From: Moniliella sp. 'wahieum'
Lineage: Eukaryota
Reading direction: 5' to 3'
Assembly (NCBI GenBank): GCA_003971905.1
Contig: RSEE01000098.1
Coordinates: 62,001 to 126,000 of the forward strand
DNA length: 64,000 bases
Positions 63,250-64,000 of the stretch are shown piece after piece. The notes under the pieces are model-generated. The model had not been told where the DNA came from. It worked only from the letters and a program-made list of their open reading frames with translations, and did no database searches. Both the position numbers and the translations under genes were made by a program. How positions within the stretch are numbered: the first letter of the stretch is position 1; the number at the start of each line of letters is the position of its first letter.

Positions 63250-64000
63250 TCACAAGAGCTGGTTCATCAAAGCGAGGGAATACTCGACACCAACAAACGT
63301 GGCAGCGTTGGCCGGGAACGCACGCGCCATGGCCGGCCAAAAGCCCCGGAACAGGGCGCGGACGCCGTCGGCAGCGACGGTTTTGCGAATACAATCGGCA
63401 AAACCAGTGTACGTGCCGGGTGGGGCGCCCTGGATGCGCGACTTGATCACATCTGGTGGCATGGCCAAGGACCACATGGCCATCCCGGCCGTGCCACCGG
63501 CCAGAATGACATGGAGCAAGCTGAGTGATTCGCCTGGTTTCGCCCCGCTGGAGTCAAGCACGTTTTGATGGACTCGTAGGCGCAGAAGTAGGCCGCGCTG
63601 CCGGGACCGTCGCGGGCCAAGGTGGCACCTGTGCCGCGGAAAATGGAGCGCAAACCGCCCTCGGCGTACAACTGTTTCAACACATCCCCCACACCGTTGT
63701 ACTGCGGTCCATGCGCACTTTGGCCCTGCAGCTGCAGCAGCACCTTGACCCGTTCCGCCGGGCCCGTGGCCAGCGTCGTCGGCACCGCACTGAAGAATCC
63801 GGCAAAGGCAAGCTCGGGCAAGGTCAAGGTTGGGTCCGCGCGATTGGGCGTCGCGGCATAGACCAGTTTCTTGCCCATGTCGTACGACCAAAAGGACAAG
63901 GCAAAGATGGGCGTGACCCCCAAGAAGGGAGGAAGCATGCCCCGGTACAACCTGCCCCAGGCAAAGGTCAGATCATGGAAACCAGTGCGCAGCCGCACTC
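63250..64000 (-). CDS. CRC1: Mitochondrial carnitine/acylcarnitine carrier (partial; 5' end lies outside the window)
   Basis: LYRGM..GVTPIFALSFW, PAERVKVLLQ, ATLARDGPGSAAYF, PPDVIKSR, ARAFPANAATF. Confidence 0.93.

Overview
High-GC, gene-dense eukaryotic DNA from a basidiomycete fungus, most likely a smut relative (Ustilaginomycotina); this is inferred from protein style, short introns with GTACGT/GTGAGT donors and CTRAC branch points. The window holds about 23 mostly housekeeping genes: HLJ1-like DnaJ, UBA4, a secreted GMC oxidoreductase, a PWWP/AT-hook chromatin protein, ornithine cyclodeaminase, RPL21/RPS9, eIF2-beta/thioredoxin, PEX6, RPS11/RPS12, a NUFIP1/Rsa1-like protein, a forkhead TF, ILV6, MCM7/SWIB, an orphan ~1000-aa protein, CCP1/THO2, PRP19/MBF1, RPL27/RPS23 and CRC1. 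A ~4.4 kb gene-free island of probable decayed transposon DNA lies at 33.8-38.2 kb. Most genes, essential ones included, carry single-base frameshifts. These most likely reflect uncorrected long-read assembly errors, so gene boundaries are approximate. The most interesting signals are (1) three head-to-head ribosomal protein gene pairs whose promoters share the same short motifs, (2) a bipartite ATTCCGC element repeated with two exact 14-15 bp blocks upstream of two RNP-biogenesis genes 34 kb apart, and (3) a PWWP + ~10 AT-hook-like repeats + TFIIS-N-like protein that recalls the LEDGF architecture. I found no CRISPR array, rRNA or tRNA.
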